A stretch of 64,000 nt of DNA from Eledone cirrhosa (taxonomy: Eukaryota): the NCBI GenBank assembly GCA_964016885.1, contig OZ024741.1, forward strand, positions 31,496,001 to 31,560,000, given 5' to 3'. A model generated the notes under the pieces. The model was not told the DNA's origin and searched no databases. It worked only from the letters and a program-made list of their open reading frames with translations. The translations under genes were made by a program, and so were the position numbers. Below, in pieces: positions 1-12,000 of the stretch. How positions within the stretch are numbered: the stretch's first letter is position 1; every line of letters begins with the position of its first letter.

Positions 1-1830
1 GTTGTGATGTGTTTATGCTTATAATTTGGTGCTACGTTATGTATAGGTGCGGTTGATTTACTAGAGATATTTCTGTGGTTGATCTTGCGTATGTGTGATT
101 CTATATTTGCTGTTGTCGAGTATGAGAGTTTTATAGTAAATCTATTGAGTATTTTGTGATATCTATGTGAGATAGGGAAGTGTTTATCTATTAGTTTAAA
201 GAATGTAGAGGGCAGTCTAGTTTTTATAGAGGAGTTGAAGATTGGGTTGAACCATAGGTTTTTTTCTTTGTCTGTTTCTTCTATTGTTTCTATGGTTTAC
301 GTTATTAGTGTTTTGACCGTTTACTCCAAGTGTTACGTGTCTAACCCTAGTTCTAGTCAAGTTATTTCTATTATAATGTGAGCGGTTGGTGTAGTAATTA
401 CTAGGATTGTTTACGTTGTCTTTATTCACTATATACTGCAGTTTATCTTTATGACCGGCCCTACGTAATGCTGCATTATAATAGACAGCATGCTCGTTAA
501 AGATTTCTAGGTTTGAGGATAAGCGGGATGTTCGGAGGGATATACTACGTGCTATGGATCTAATTATAGATTTGGGGGGGGGGGGTTTGAGTTGTAACTA
601 ATGTAGGCAAGATTTTCATTATTTTTGTGGAAAGGTTCTATTAATCCCGTATTTAGATTTAGAGTCACATCTAGAAAGTTTACCTTCTTATGGTTCAGTT
701 CGTAGGTAATACTTAGGCCTAGTTTTTTTAAGAATATTCTAATATTTTTTCTTAGTCCTTCCATGCTCTGGTTGTTTAGGTTCCTAGCTATAAGTAGCGT
801 GTCGTCCCTATAAATTCCTCCTTGGAGGTTATTGAATTCCTTATGTAGGTTGTGTGCTATGAATAGCCCCACGATATCTGTGATTTGCGCAGAATCGTTT
901 GATCCCATTGTTATATCGAAGCTATTTATCCTATCCTTTCTTACCCAGTAGCTATTTTCAAATTTTATGATAGTCCTTCTAGCCGCTATTATTATTTCAA
1001 TTTCATCATGGGTAAGATCAGAGTTATTTTGGGCAAATATAAGCGCCTTATCTAGGGTAGCTGGGGATATGGATGCATAGTAGTCGTCTATATCAAATTG
1101 TATGAAGTTACACGTCTCCCTATTTTGTATTTTATTGAACCATTTAATTGCCTCGTTAGTGTTGCCCCATAAATTGATTTCTAGTTTACCCTTTATTTGT
1201 GCGATTACCCTATCTAGAATGTTCTTGCTAATTTTACCTATGTCTGACTTGGATGGGCATATTAATCTAATAGTTTCAAAATTATTTTTGTGATCCTTCA
1301 GGTTAAATGTTGGGTTGCACGGGGTTAGCGGTTCGGTCCTATCGGGAATTCCGAGTTTATTAACTATCTTGAGGCCCTCCACGTTAATGCTGGTGAGTGT
1401 AGATTTATTTGTTTTTTTAATATTTTTTATGTAGTTCACGCTGGATAAAGCTATTGTATGTGTTAATGTCCATAGAGTATACGTTTGATGTTTTGTCTGC
1501 TTTTACTATGATACCGTTAGTGTCTTTTAGTTTTTTTAGTAGTGTATTTAAGTCATTTTGTAATTTGTTGTGATTTGTTCCTTTTTTAAATTTAGTTTCA
1601 CTTATCATGTTCATAAGGTCCAGCTCGAAGGCATCGAGTGCGGGGTTGTTTGGCGGGTTTTTGCAGGATTTAAACCCGTAATTCTCCTTAGAAAATTCCT
1701 TTGCGTTGGTATTCGGTCCCTTATCGAAATGGTAAGCTTCCCATCGGACCCTGCGGATGAAATCATTAGTCCGTCGTATCATAACTGGACTATACCTAAG
1801 TGGACTGCATTTAACTATTATTTGTTACCC
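1..1830 (-). mobile_element. Penelope-like retroelement (Hydra-like clade), frameshifted; 3' part runs off window start
   Basis: ORFs 1417..1782 and 564..1439 give N-terminus (FIRRVRW, KADKT) and RT motifs QFDIDDYY, ITMGS, GGIYRDD, VNFLDVTLNL; downstream thumb/linker region similar to the 38.4-39.7 kb ORF; 5' end abuts (TA)n. Confidence 0.85.
564..1439 (-). pseudogene. PLE reverse transcriptase core (frameshifted at both ends)
   Basis: RT motifs FDIDDYY and YRDD in translation; frame breaks in homopolymer runs near 1415 and 580. Confidence 0.85.
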
Positions 1831-1857
1831 CGTATATATATATATATATATATATAT

Positions 1858-1917
<60 letters not shown>

Positions 1918-2066
1918 TATGTATGTGTGGGAATGCGGTAATTAGAGATCGAGAAGGTAGGATATATATATATATTTACATGTAGTGTAAAGCCTTCGGG
2001 CATTTCCGAGCTACCATAATTCTTTTACTATATATTTTTCCATGTGAAAATTCTCAGCCGATTAGA

Positions 2067-2121
2067 TACTGCAGCTACTACTACTGCTACTACTACTGCT
2101 ACTACTACTCGTACTACTACT

Positions 2122-2174
<53 letters not shown>

Positions 2175-2175
2175 T

Positions 2176-2214
<39 letters not shown>

Positions 2215-2217
2215 AAC
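2067..2217. repeat. (TAC)n microsatellite
   Basis: Direct reading of sequence. Confidence 0.95.
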
Positions 2218-2429
2218 ATTGAAGATCGAGGTCAGTTGTTTAATGAACCACCTCAAAGTATACAGGAGAAGCTCAATGGAGGCCTGGTTGCCCTAACTGT
2301 AATGTTGTAATTAGAGAAAGGCAGTATTTATGGTATAATCACCTTATTTAATGTTAGGTAATATCTGCCGACATTACTTGCTTGTCAAGATGGGGACAAC
2401 AGCAGCTAATAAATTGGTTAAGACCTAAC

Positions 2430-3336
2430 TACCATCATAGTGGTCGTAGTTAGTGGTGTCGTCATCATCGCCATCATTGCCAGCATCATCATCATCATCA
2501 CCACCACCATCATCACCATCATCAGCATCATCACCACCACTATCATCGCCATCATTGTCAGCACCATCATCATCATCATCATTATCACCATCACCATCAC
2601 CATCATCACCATCATTATCATCATCATCACCATCATCATCAACATCATCACCACCAACATCATTATCATCAGGAACGCCAGCCTGTCATCATCATCACCG
2701 TCATTGTCATCAACGCCAACATAATCACAATCCCCACCACATCACCGACAGCACCACGACCAACATCATCATCATCAAAACCACCACTAACATCTTCATC
2801 ATCATCATTGTCATCACCGCCAGCCATCATAATCACAATCCTCACCAAGATCAACACCACCTCCATCGCCATCGTCATTATCACCAACACCAGCACCACC
2901 ATCATCATCATCATCATCATCATCATTCAGATCACCATCATCATCATCATCATCATCATCATCATAATTCTCATTATTGACACTATCACCACCACCACCA
3001 CCACCACTACCACCACAAGCACAAGCACCACCAGCACCACCAGCACCACCAGCACCACCAGCACCACCACCACTACCACCAGCACCACCAGCACCATCAC
3101 CACCACCAGCACCACCACCACCACCACCACCAGCACCACCACCACCCCACCATCAGCACCATCACCACCACCACCACGGCCACCAGCACCACCAGCACCA
3201 GCACCACCACCACCAGCACCACAACCACCACCACCACCACCACCACCACCACCAGCAGCACCACCACCACCCCACCATCAGCACCATCACCACCACCACC
3301 ACGGCCACCAGCACCACCAGCACCAGCACCACCACC

Positions 3337-3367
<31 letters not shown>

Positions 3368-3470
3368 GCACCACCACCACCACCACCACCAGCACCACCA
3401 CCACCCCACCATCAGCACCATCACCACCACCACCACGGCCACCAGCACCACCAGCACCAGCACCACCACC

Positions 3471-3501
<31 letters not shown>

Positions 3502-3900
3502 CCACCACCACCACCACCATCACCACCCCACCACCACCACCATCACCAGCACCACCAGCACCACCAGCACCACCAGCGCCACCAGCACCACCAGCACCAC
3601 CAGCACCACCGCCAGCACCACCAGCACGACCACCACCATCACCACCGGCACCACCACCACCACCAAAACCACCACCACCACCACCATCACCACCCCACCA
3701 CCACCACCAGCACCAGCACCACCACCAGTACCACCAGCACCAACACCACCAGCACCACCACCACTAACACCACCAGCACCACCATCACCAGCACCAGCAC
3801 CACCATTACCACCACTACCACCACCACCACCACCACCACCAAAACCACCACCACCACCACCACCATCACCACCCCAACACCACCACCACCACCATCGTCG
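2430..3900. repeat. (CAT)n grading into (CAC)n/(CAG) low-complexity tract
   Basis: Direct reading; explains poly-H/P/T/V/M ORFs in all frames. Confidence 0.95.
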
Positions 3901-4198
3901 TCGTCTATAATTTCCTATTCACATCTCCGATGTTTTATGTTCCTAAGAAGACCATTAGTTCTTATAATGGGATTATCTGTTCACAATATGGCACCTTAGC
4001 CCTCACTGAAACACTATCTTGTAAGAGGCCACCACAACTTAATAAATAGAAAATAATTACATATCATTAGAAAAACATAAATTACATGACTATTTTTCAT
4101 CAAATGTCCTTCTTTCTTCCTTCCTTTCTTTCTTTCTTTCTTTCTTTTTTTCTTTCTTTCTTTCTTTCTTTCTTTCTTTTTTTCTTTCATTCTTTCAT

Positions 4199-4229
<31 letters not shown>

Positions 4230-4455
4230 ATCGGGCTCCCATTTGCCTTCAATATTCTAAATTTCATTTTTTTTTGTTGCTTTAATTTCCCCCCCTTTTT
4301 CTTTTCTTTCTTTTAGTTTTTATTATTTTTTTAATTATTTTTTATTATATGTCTCATTAGCTCTTTTTGATTACCAACTGTAAGGGGTACTCAATACTTC
4401 CCCTAGTCTGTCATGGCTTACGCATCTTTAAATTGAAGAATTATATATATATATA

Positions 4456-4800
4456 TCAATAATATTAATAAATGAAAGCTATCTTTATAAAACGATATTT
4501 ATTTTATTATATATATTTCAAGGGTACCAACATTTTGGTACGCTCTCATCAGATAAAATACAAAAGTTGGTTTACAGATAGTGACATATTCAGACAACAA
4601 TTTTTGCATTTTATCTGATGAGGGCGTACCAAAATGTTGGTACCCTTTAAATATATATAATAAAATAAATATGGTCTTGTAAAGATAGCTTCCATTTATT
4701 AATATTATTGAAATCCTACTCCAGAAGAAATCTGTTGAGTGCTACTAACCTGTTGTAAATTAAATTTGTTGAATAATCAACCAAATTAAATAACTCATTG

Positions 4801-4803
<3 letters not shown>
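4456..4803. mobile_element. Fold-back (inverted) PLE pseudo-LTR pair with one-sided tail, in (TA)n
   Basis: Arms ~4456-4565 and ~4600-4711 are reverse complements, each holds an HHR; ~90-nt tail only on the right; sequence related to the pLTR at 39658-39975. Confidence 0.85.
4501..4559 (-). ncRNA. Type I hammerhead ribozyme (intact core); mirror copy at ~4608-4666 (+) has GAAA>TAAA
   Basis: Minus strand: attttat CTGATGA gagcgtacc-aaaatgtt-ggtaccctt GAAA tatata TA ataaaat; 7-bp stem I, palindromic stem III. Confidence 0.85.
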
Positions 4804-4843
<40 letters not shown>

Positions 4844-5073
4844 ACTGCTTTTAAGCAAACACTATAACCACTTTCAGTCAACCTTACCACCCTCCATGTA
4901 ACCTCGGTATCATGTATTAATTTCTCCTTCCGCCTTCTGAGATATTTTTCACTGCTACAAGGGATTTAGTCCCCTTTCTTGACCGGTGTGTCACGTGATA
5001 ATCTCTCCTTCCGCCTTTTTGAGATTTTCTCGCTTGCTACGAACGTGTCTGGAAAGCGCTCTTTCTCCGAGGA

Positions 5074-5167
5074 GTCCCCCTGAGAAGATGGTTTGCCTGA
5101 CGACAATGTTAGACCTCTATAATGTAAAATTGTTGCATATTGACCAGCGAAACTGTACAGTCGGGAC
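5074..5167 (+). ncRNA. Degenerate hammerhead motif with long stem II, inside a ~560-bp (TA)n-flanked segment (4841-5405)
   Basis: gtcccc CTGAGAA gatggt...accagc GAAA ctgtacag TC gggac; stem I and palindromic stem III pair, core has G8>A. Confidence 0.6.
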
Positions 5168-5404
5168 ATTGAGGAAAAAAAAGGTATATATCTGTGTCTA
5201 TTACTTTTCCTTACTTCATAATTTGTTACATAGCTCTGATATCGAATCAATATAATTATTTCGATTGTTTTGTCTCTCGTAATTATGGAACAACACTGGT
5301 TAAGGTCGACAACACACACACTCAGATACTTGTGAAAAAATATGTGTATATATATACATGTGTATGTATGCACATATATGTGCGTACCTCTCATTATAAA
5401 TATA

Positions 5405-5520
<116 letters not shown>

Positions 5521-5649
5521 TACGGGGGAAGTTGGAAATATCACGGAAAATATATTTTAGGGGCAGTTTTTCTTTTTTTTCCTTTCTTTGATTCAAGATG
5601 ACATTATTGAAAAAAATGAGAGGGACAATTTAAAAAAAAAGAGTTTTAT

Positions 5650-5853
5650 AATTATTTCTACTATTGGCACAAGGCCAAGTACTTTATTTTATCGACCCCG
5701 ACTTTGACGCATAGAGTTACGGTCCTTGCCATTCTGAGTTCAAATCCCGCCGAGGTTAACTTTGCCTTTCATCCTTACGGGGTCGATAAAATAAAGTACC
5801 AGTAATGTACTGGGTATTTGCTGGCCTTGTGCCAAAAGTAGAGACAATTATTA
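5650..5853 (+). mobile_element. tRNA-derived SINE, 5'-truncated, preceded by an inverted copy of its own 3' part (5650-5700)
   Basis: B-box gagttcaaatccc, core tttgcctttcatccttacggggtcgataaaataaagtaccag, tail ggccttgtgccaaaagtaga; many copies in window. Confidence 0.85.
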
Positions 5854-6245
5854 ATGTTCGATAGAACTCATACGTACATAAGTGTATGTGTATATGTGTC
5901 TGTGTGTATATATATATATAGACTAATGAACACAACAACGCTCGCCAATACAATCTGGCAGCTTAAAGATACAAACCAAGAATACGGAATTAGCTGGTCG
6001 AAACTGTCGGGGGCAAAGGCCTACAGAAATGGAATGTCCCACTGCGGACTTTGCAATATGGTGTTGCTCCATATTTTAAAGTATGACAAAATGTTGCTTA
6101 ACACCAAAATAGAACGGTCAATTTTCTGTAGGCATAAAGCAGCTACTAAATTCGCTAATTTCAAACCAACATGATTCGATCCAACAATTCCATTATTCAA
6201 ACTGAACCACTTAGAGTCTATTATAATGACCCATTATTATTAACT

Positions 6246-6442
6246 GTCAGGCGGTGGATTGGCAGTATCGGTAAGGGTCGGACGCCATGCTTTGAAGCAT
6301 AGAGTTACCTCCCTTTATGATCTGAGTTCAAATCCCGCCGAGGTTAACTTTGCCTTTCATCCTTACGGGGTCGATAAAATAAAGTACCAGTAATGCACTG
6401 GAATAATTGCTGGCCTTGTGCCAAAAGTAGAAACAATTATTA
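6246..6442 (+). mobile_element. tRNA-derived SINE inserted in PLE 3'UTR
   Basis: A-box-like tggcagtatcggta, B-box gagttcaaatccc, same core and tail; attattaactgtca repeated at both flanks (probable TSD). Confidence 0.9.
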
Positions 6443-6960
6443 ACTGTCAATAGATCAAATAATCACTGAATCAACATCATAACATCCTAACCTTTCTTTC
6501 TTTCACTCTCTTTCCCTAAAACTATTTCACCCCTTCCATTATATCCTATCACGTTCTCTTCAACTCTCACATAACTTCCAATTTATTAATTTATCCTTTA
6601 TTTAGCACTGTACTATTTCTTCATAATATAATTTAACCAATACATGTGTGTGTGTTTGATATTTTCATGTTTGTACCATCATATCTTTATACTTTGACCA
6701 CCACCACCGTCACCACAACTGTTTTCGACAATCATATTATGTTCACTTTTTTTCACACACACATATATATTTTTCCTTATTTTTTATTATCTTCATTCTA
6801 ACTTATTCATTATTATTTATTTATTATTTTTTATGTTTAATTTTTTATTTTTTATTTTTCTCTCTCTCTCTTTTCCTTTTTCTTTTTTCTTCTTTCTTTG
6901 TTACTGATCTTGTGATTTGAATTTTCCTAGTATATTACAAGCGCCGTGTATAATTTTAAC

Positions 6961-7027
6961 CAGTTATTCCGATGATTTGATTAGGCATTTTAGGCACCCT
7001 AATCAATGAAACAATTGTTACTACTGT
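6961..7027 (+). ncRNA. Hammerhead motif (U4>C)
   Basis: cagttatt CCGATGA t-ttgattagg...cctaatcaa-t GAAA caattg TT actactg; 9-bp stem II, palindromic stem III. Confidence 0.7.
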
Positions 7028-7328
7028 AAATAAAACCCTTTTTGTACTGTTGACCATGTTATTCTTCACTCTTTCACTACTATTAATCCAAGAATAACCT
7101 GCATAGGAATTCTCGCGAACTCGCTACCTAATTAAGGAAACCTCTTCTTGAGTCAAACAATGCCGTACGCTAAAACTATCCACAATACAGAGTACTCACA
7201 ATCTCTAACTGGATCACCTATAACGATAATCTGTTATTCCACACACACACAGGTGTGTATACGTATGCATACTTACTTTATGTATCAGCTGTGATAGAGT
7301 GAGAAATAAAATTCTTATTTTATTTTTT

Positions 7329-7359
<31 letters not shown>

Positions 7360-7819
7360 CCATAGTTGCCGTCAATGTGTGAATGAGTGCAAGTCTCTAG
7401 CAGGCTTGAAAAGCCATATCTGAACGTCACATCTGAATCTGACAAGGTATTGCAATGCTCAGCCGTCATATATACTTACTTATTTCCTGGTGTTATATAA
7501 CAATAATAATAATGATTTCTATTGAAAATTGTTTCGTCCATCACGATCAGCGTGCACAAGAACTCACCCACCCACAAACACGTACACAGACGCACACACT
7601 GACACACATATATATATACACACAGTTATATATATATATAATATGTTGAAAAGGTAACACACAGAGAGAGATATTCCGCCATCAATAAAACAGGGAAAAA
7701 ACACCAGTGTATGGAATCTATAGCCTATGAAATGCAAGGTAGACACACGGTAATTAAAAATATAAATTAAAGCGTATATACGTACCTCTATAACTATATA
7801 ACACACACGTACAAATCCA

Positions 7820-7882
7820 AACAGATATGTTTCGCCAATAATTTGTTGACAGAAATAAATAGCCCATGGTTCATCAGCGTGT
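7820..7882 (-). ncRNA. Degenerate hammerhead motif in (TA)n-flanked segment
   Basis: Minus: CTGATGA acca...tggc GAAA catatc; stems I and III eroded. Confidence 0.45.
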
Positions 7883-7987
7883 GTAAGGCTATACATTTCA
7901 GACAACTCTAAGAGAATTTAAAGCGACTGTCCAGCCACACGTGGAAGAGAGAAGTCACAGCATCTTTAGGGCAGGGAACGAGTGGTG

Positions 7988-8064
<77 letters not shown>

Positions 8065-8071
<7 letters not shown>

Positions 8072-8418
8072 GTGAGTTTTTTTTTACAAAGTGAAAAATA
8101 ACCGAGGTCTCCTACACGAGTGAAAGTATAAAGAAAAAAAGATGAAATCGAAAATGCAAATGGAGTCTTATTTAAAAAAATATATATATATTTATTTGGT
8201 TCCTTTACCGGTTTCGCAGTTCTTCTGCTTTTCAAAAGTAGAGTTGAGATGGAGGGTCTGTGGTTTTTCTCACATCTGAGAAAAATCACAGACCCTACAT
8301 CTCAATTCTACTTTTGAAAAGCAGAAGAATTGCGAAACCGGTAAGGCAACCAAATAAATATATATATTTTTTAAAAAATAAGACTCCAGTTGCATTTTCG
8401 ATTTCATCTTTTTTTCTT

Positions 8419-8423
<5 letters not shown>
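8065..8423. mobile_element. Fold-back pLTR pair of the Neptune-like PLE family, tail on left, in (TA)n
   Basis: Arms 8127-8272 and 8277-8423 are reverse complements; tail 8065-8126; same sequence as the terminus at 33817-33955. Confidence 0.85.
8203..8238 (-). ncRNA. Minimal hammerhead, U3:A8 core variant; mirror copy 8311-8346 (+)
   Basis: ctt TTGAAAA gcag-aagaa-ctgc GAAA ccgg TA aag. Confidence 0.65.
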
Positions 8424-8449
<26 letters not shown>

Positions 8450-8577
8450 GGATGTATGTATAGTATATTTGGCAATATACTGTATGTTTAATTAAAAACA
8501 TTTAGAAGACCATACACCATCAACTTTAAAGTAGTGACTATGTCACTCACTTCTTTTCGGCGAAAGAAGGGAGAGAA

Positions 8578-8617
8578 GCTAACAGTCTGTTTCACGCTAG
8601 TTGGCGATCATCAGAGC
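8578..8617 (-). ncRNA. Minimal hammerhead motif
   Basis: gct CTGATGA t-cgc-caacta-gcg-t GAAA cagactg TT agc. Confidence 0.7.
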
Positions 8618-8658
8618 GACGCACCCCCTGCTTATATATGTACATATATATATATACA

Positions 8659-8725
<67 letters not shown>

Positions 8726-8731
<6 letters not shown>

Positions 8732-8872
8732 GGAAAAAATGAAACGAAATTTCATTTCCCACTCTTAGTACGGCTGTTACTTAAATATAAGTATGTACAC
8801 GTTCATACATATATGTATACAGACGTACAGTAGTATATATATATATATACATACATGCACACATATATATAT
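8726..8872 (+). repeat. Dispersed ~150-bp repeat, second copy at ~32911-33052
   Basis: ggaaaaaatgaaacgaaatttcattt...gtacagtagtat near-identical at both sites, both starting at (TA)n. Confidence 0.8.
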
Positions 8873-8906
8873 GTACGTATGGATTCACCGAACATTTATT
8901 ATAATA

Positions 8907-9046
8907 CTCGGTGTGTTTGTAAACAAACATCCCGTATTAAGCCGTAGTGTCCAGCAACCATCGTTGCTCGTTTGTTCAACACTGACAAAGGAACGCTGTA
9001 CTAGTTTCAAGCTTATTAGCTATCGTTTGTTTACAAACACACCGAG
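8907..9046. mobile_element. MITE with 22-bp terminal inverted repeats
   Basis: ctcggtgtgtttgtaaacaaac (8907-8928) and gtttgtttacaaacacaccgag (9025-9046); flanks TA and CA. Confidence 0.7.
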
Positions 9047-12000
9047 CATACGGGCCATCTTCCTGGACCCAGAAGGTAAGTTGGTGGTGCTGGACGTGAC
9101 CAGCGGAGACGGGCTAGCTTTCAGGCTAGTGGCCGTCTATGCCCCGACAGGAGCAGGGCGGCCTGATTTCTTCCGGCATCTGGAGACCTTTCTTGGAACG
9201 TCCTGCTCTTTAGTGTTAATGGGCGACTGGAACGGGATCTTAGATGCAGGCTGGGACTGTGTGGGATTAGCGGATAGGGGAGGCGGGTGCAAGAGCCTCA
9301 CCAACCTGCTCAGGCGTTTTGAACTGTCTGACCGGTACCGATTGGATTTCCCGAATGTGCCAATGTGGACTTGGACAAACCGCACAGGGTCATCCAGATC
9401 ATATCTAGATGGAGTATTTTGTAGGGAAATGGATAGGACTAGCATAGGCTGTCCACAATTCAAGATAGTCAGCTACACGGACCACAAATTTGTGATTTGT
9501 GTGCTTGACTTAGATAGGCTCATAGACGAGGACCCGGCTACTGGAAGCTAAACGCGTCCTTACCAGCGCGCAAGGCCTACAGAGACCGGATTAGCGAACT
9601 AGTTAAGCGGGCGTTGACGGGGGCAATCCTCGACAACAAGTGGTGGTTTGCTCTGAAAAGAGCGATTATAATAGAATCCATTAGCTTTAGTAAGACTTTA
9701 GAAAAATAGAGCAGAGGGAGAACTAGTTAGAAAATTAGACGAGGCGCTTAGCAAAGGCATCGCGACCGACGAACTTGCGGCGAAATTGGCCCTTGACCAA
9801 TTCTTCAATGCAAAGCACGAAGGCTGCGTTGTCAGAGCTAGGGTGCATGCTCTCAGACACGAGGGGACAAAAGCCGTTCAATGGGCTCGAGTGGCGGAGG
9901 CGCCTCGTGGCAACAAATCCACGATCCGGTCTTTGGTGGACCACGACGGGTGCATGCTACGCGATCCCGGGAAAATGTGTGAAGCTCTTCAGCGACACTT
10001 CGCTCAGCTGTTAGGGGGCAGCGTCGGGCCGGGTCGAGGGATGGACTTTAGTGTCTACCTCGACGGACTGCCGCGGCTCTCGGCCACTGAGGAGGAGTGT
10101 TGTGAAAAGCCGATAACAGCCGCTGAAGTACGGGAAGCAATGACTGGCAGCACAAGGGGTGAATCGCCTGGTTTGGATGGTCTGCCCTATGAACTTTACG
10201 TACAGATGCCAGACTTGTTCGGAGGCCTCTACTGCAACTGGCAACAGAATGGGAGAATTCCCAGCTCTGTGGGCCGAGGAGCTGTGGCGCTGCTGAGAAA
10301 GGATCCGAAGAAGTGGGATAACATAGATCATTTCAGGCCCATAACTCTGCTAAACGCAGAGTTCAAGATTTGGGTCAAGGTGCTAGCAAAGAGGTTGGCG
10401 CGTGTCGTTGGTGGTCTGGTTGGAGAGGCACAGACATGCGCCTTTCCCGACAGATCCATCCACGTCAACCTCCACCTCATGCGATACATCGTATAGAGAG
10501 TAGCTAGGGAACCAGGCACGGGTGGGTCCTTGTCCAGTTTAGATCAGTCAAAATATTTCGATAGGGTCGACCATCGTTACCTAGCGGCAGTCCTGAGGGC
10601 GGCTGGCTTTGGGCCCGTCTTCAGAGGCTGGATCGCTGCCATGCACAGCGACATCTGCTCTGTGGTGAGAGTGAACGGTCACCTTTCGGAACCGTTCAAC
10701 ATCATGCGCTCGGTCCGCCAAGTATGTCCCCTCTCGTCCCTCTTGTACGTATTGACTCTCGAGCCATTACTGCACAAACTGGAGACGTTGAAGGGGATCC
10801 CGCGCGAACTAGGATGCGGAGGATCCGTGTCAGCATATGCGGACGATGTCACCGTAGTGGTGTCGAACGCCAAACACATCGAGGCGATCGGCACTACACT
10901 AAGAGAATACGAAGCGGTGACAGGTGCAATCATCAACCAGGAAAAGTCAGTGGGCCAGCAGCTCGGCACCTGGAAAGGCAGGTCCATGCCGTCCAACAGC
11001 GTCGTCGGGCGCTGGAGGGACAGACCGGTTAAATTGCTAGGAGTCTGGTTCGGTCCGGACCTCCAGATGGACAAAAACTGGGACGAGGTGACGAGCAGGG
11101 TGGCTTGTCTCACCCAGAAATGGGCGGAGAGGAAAGTATCCCTGAAAGGTCGACCGTAGTACCTTGTCCTAAGCCCCGCCTGACTGCGCTGGAGCCTTTG
11201 CTCTTTCGCTTTTTGTAGAAGGGACGGGCTCCGATGGTCAGGCGGTCCATCTGCTGTCAACACCCGCTACGTGGAGGGCTGGGCATGCCGTGGCTGATGA
11301 TGCGCAGACACGCGCTCAGGCTACGACATCTCTACCTCTTCCTCGACGGTGATCAGGTGTGGTCGCTGTTTGCTAGACGCGTCTTTCTCCAGCTCGTCTC
11401 CTTGACGGAGCTGCAGTCTTGGATCAAGCGAAGACCGAGAGGGAGCGCTTGGAGACTGGAATGTCTTCAGGCGCTCACAGCCCTCGACCAATCGGGCAAT
11501 GTGATTTGTGGAAACTCCACCTTGGCGTTCAATAAAGGATTAGTGGAGGGGAAGATCGACGACGTACTTGGGGAAACTCTAGTCGTCGACGAAAATCAAC
11601 TAGCCAATGTCTTCGGAAGAACTTTCGGGCCGGGGCCTATGGACAACTTCCAGAAATCTCTGGCCTTGCAGTGCTACCGAGGAGCTTTGCCAGTTCGGGA
11701 TAAACTCTACAGGCATGGAGGTGCCGTCAGCCGGGCATGTCCGAGATGTGCGCAGGGCGACGAAACCGTCCTGCAAGCACTGGTCCAGTGTCCGAGCATT
11801 GCTGACTTGTGGGTTTATGTCGAACACCTGCTGTCGTGTATAGGACGGATCCAGTTATCAGCTGAGTCCATCGTGAGGATTTGCTCGCCCTCTTCCTTTA
11901 GCCGGGAAGGGCAGGCAGTTTTTATCTGTCTGGTGGCCATGGCGAAAGAGATAGTATGGTGGACACGTTTGAAAGGGCTGAAGACGAGCACTTACCTCTT

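Larger units (their letters stand above)
5921..7240 (+). mobile_element. 3' fragment of Hydra-like PLE (end of GIY-YIG domain, 3'UTR, pLTR)
   Basis: Translation TTLANTIWQLK...CGLC...CRH matches C-terminus of the 38391..39674 ORF; HHR at 6961; starts at (TA)n. Confidence 0.75.

Noticed and set aside
2044-3999. Long poly-His/Pro/Thr/Val/Tyr ORFs
   Set aside because: Triplet microsatellites open in most frames on both strands; no domain or splice structure.
6246-6340. tRNA genes at A/B-box motifs
   Set aside because: They are SINE heads followed by a shared core and tail; no full cloverleaf.
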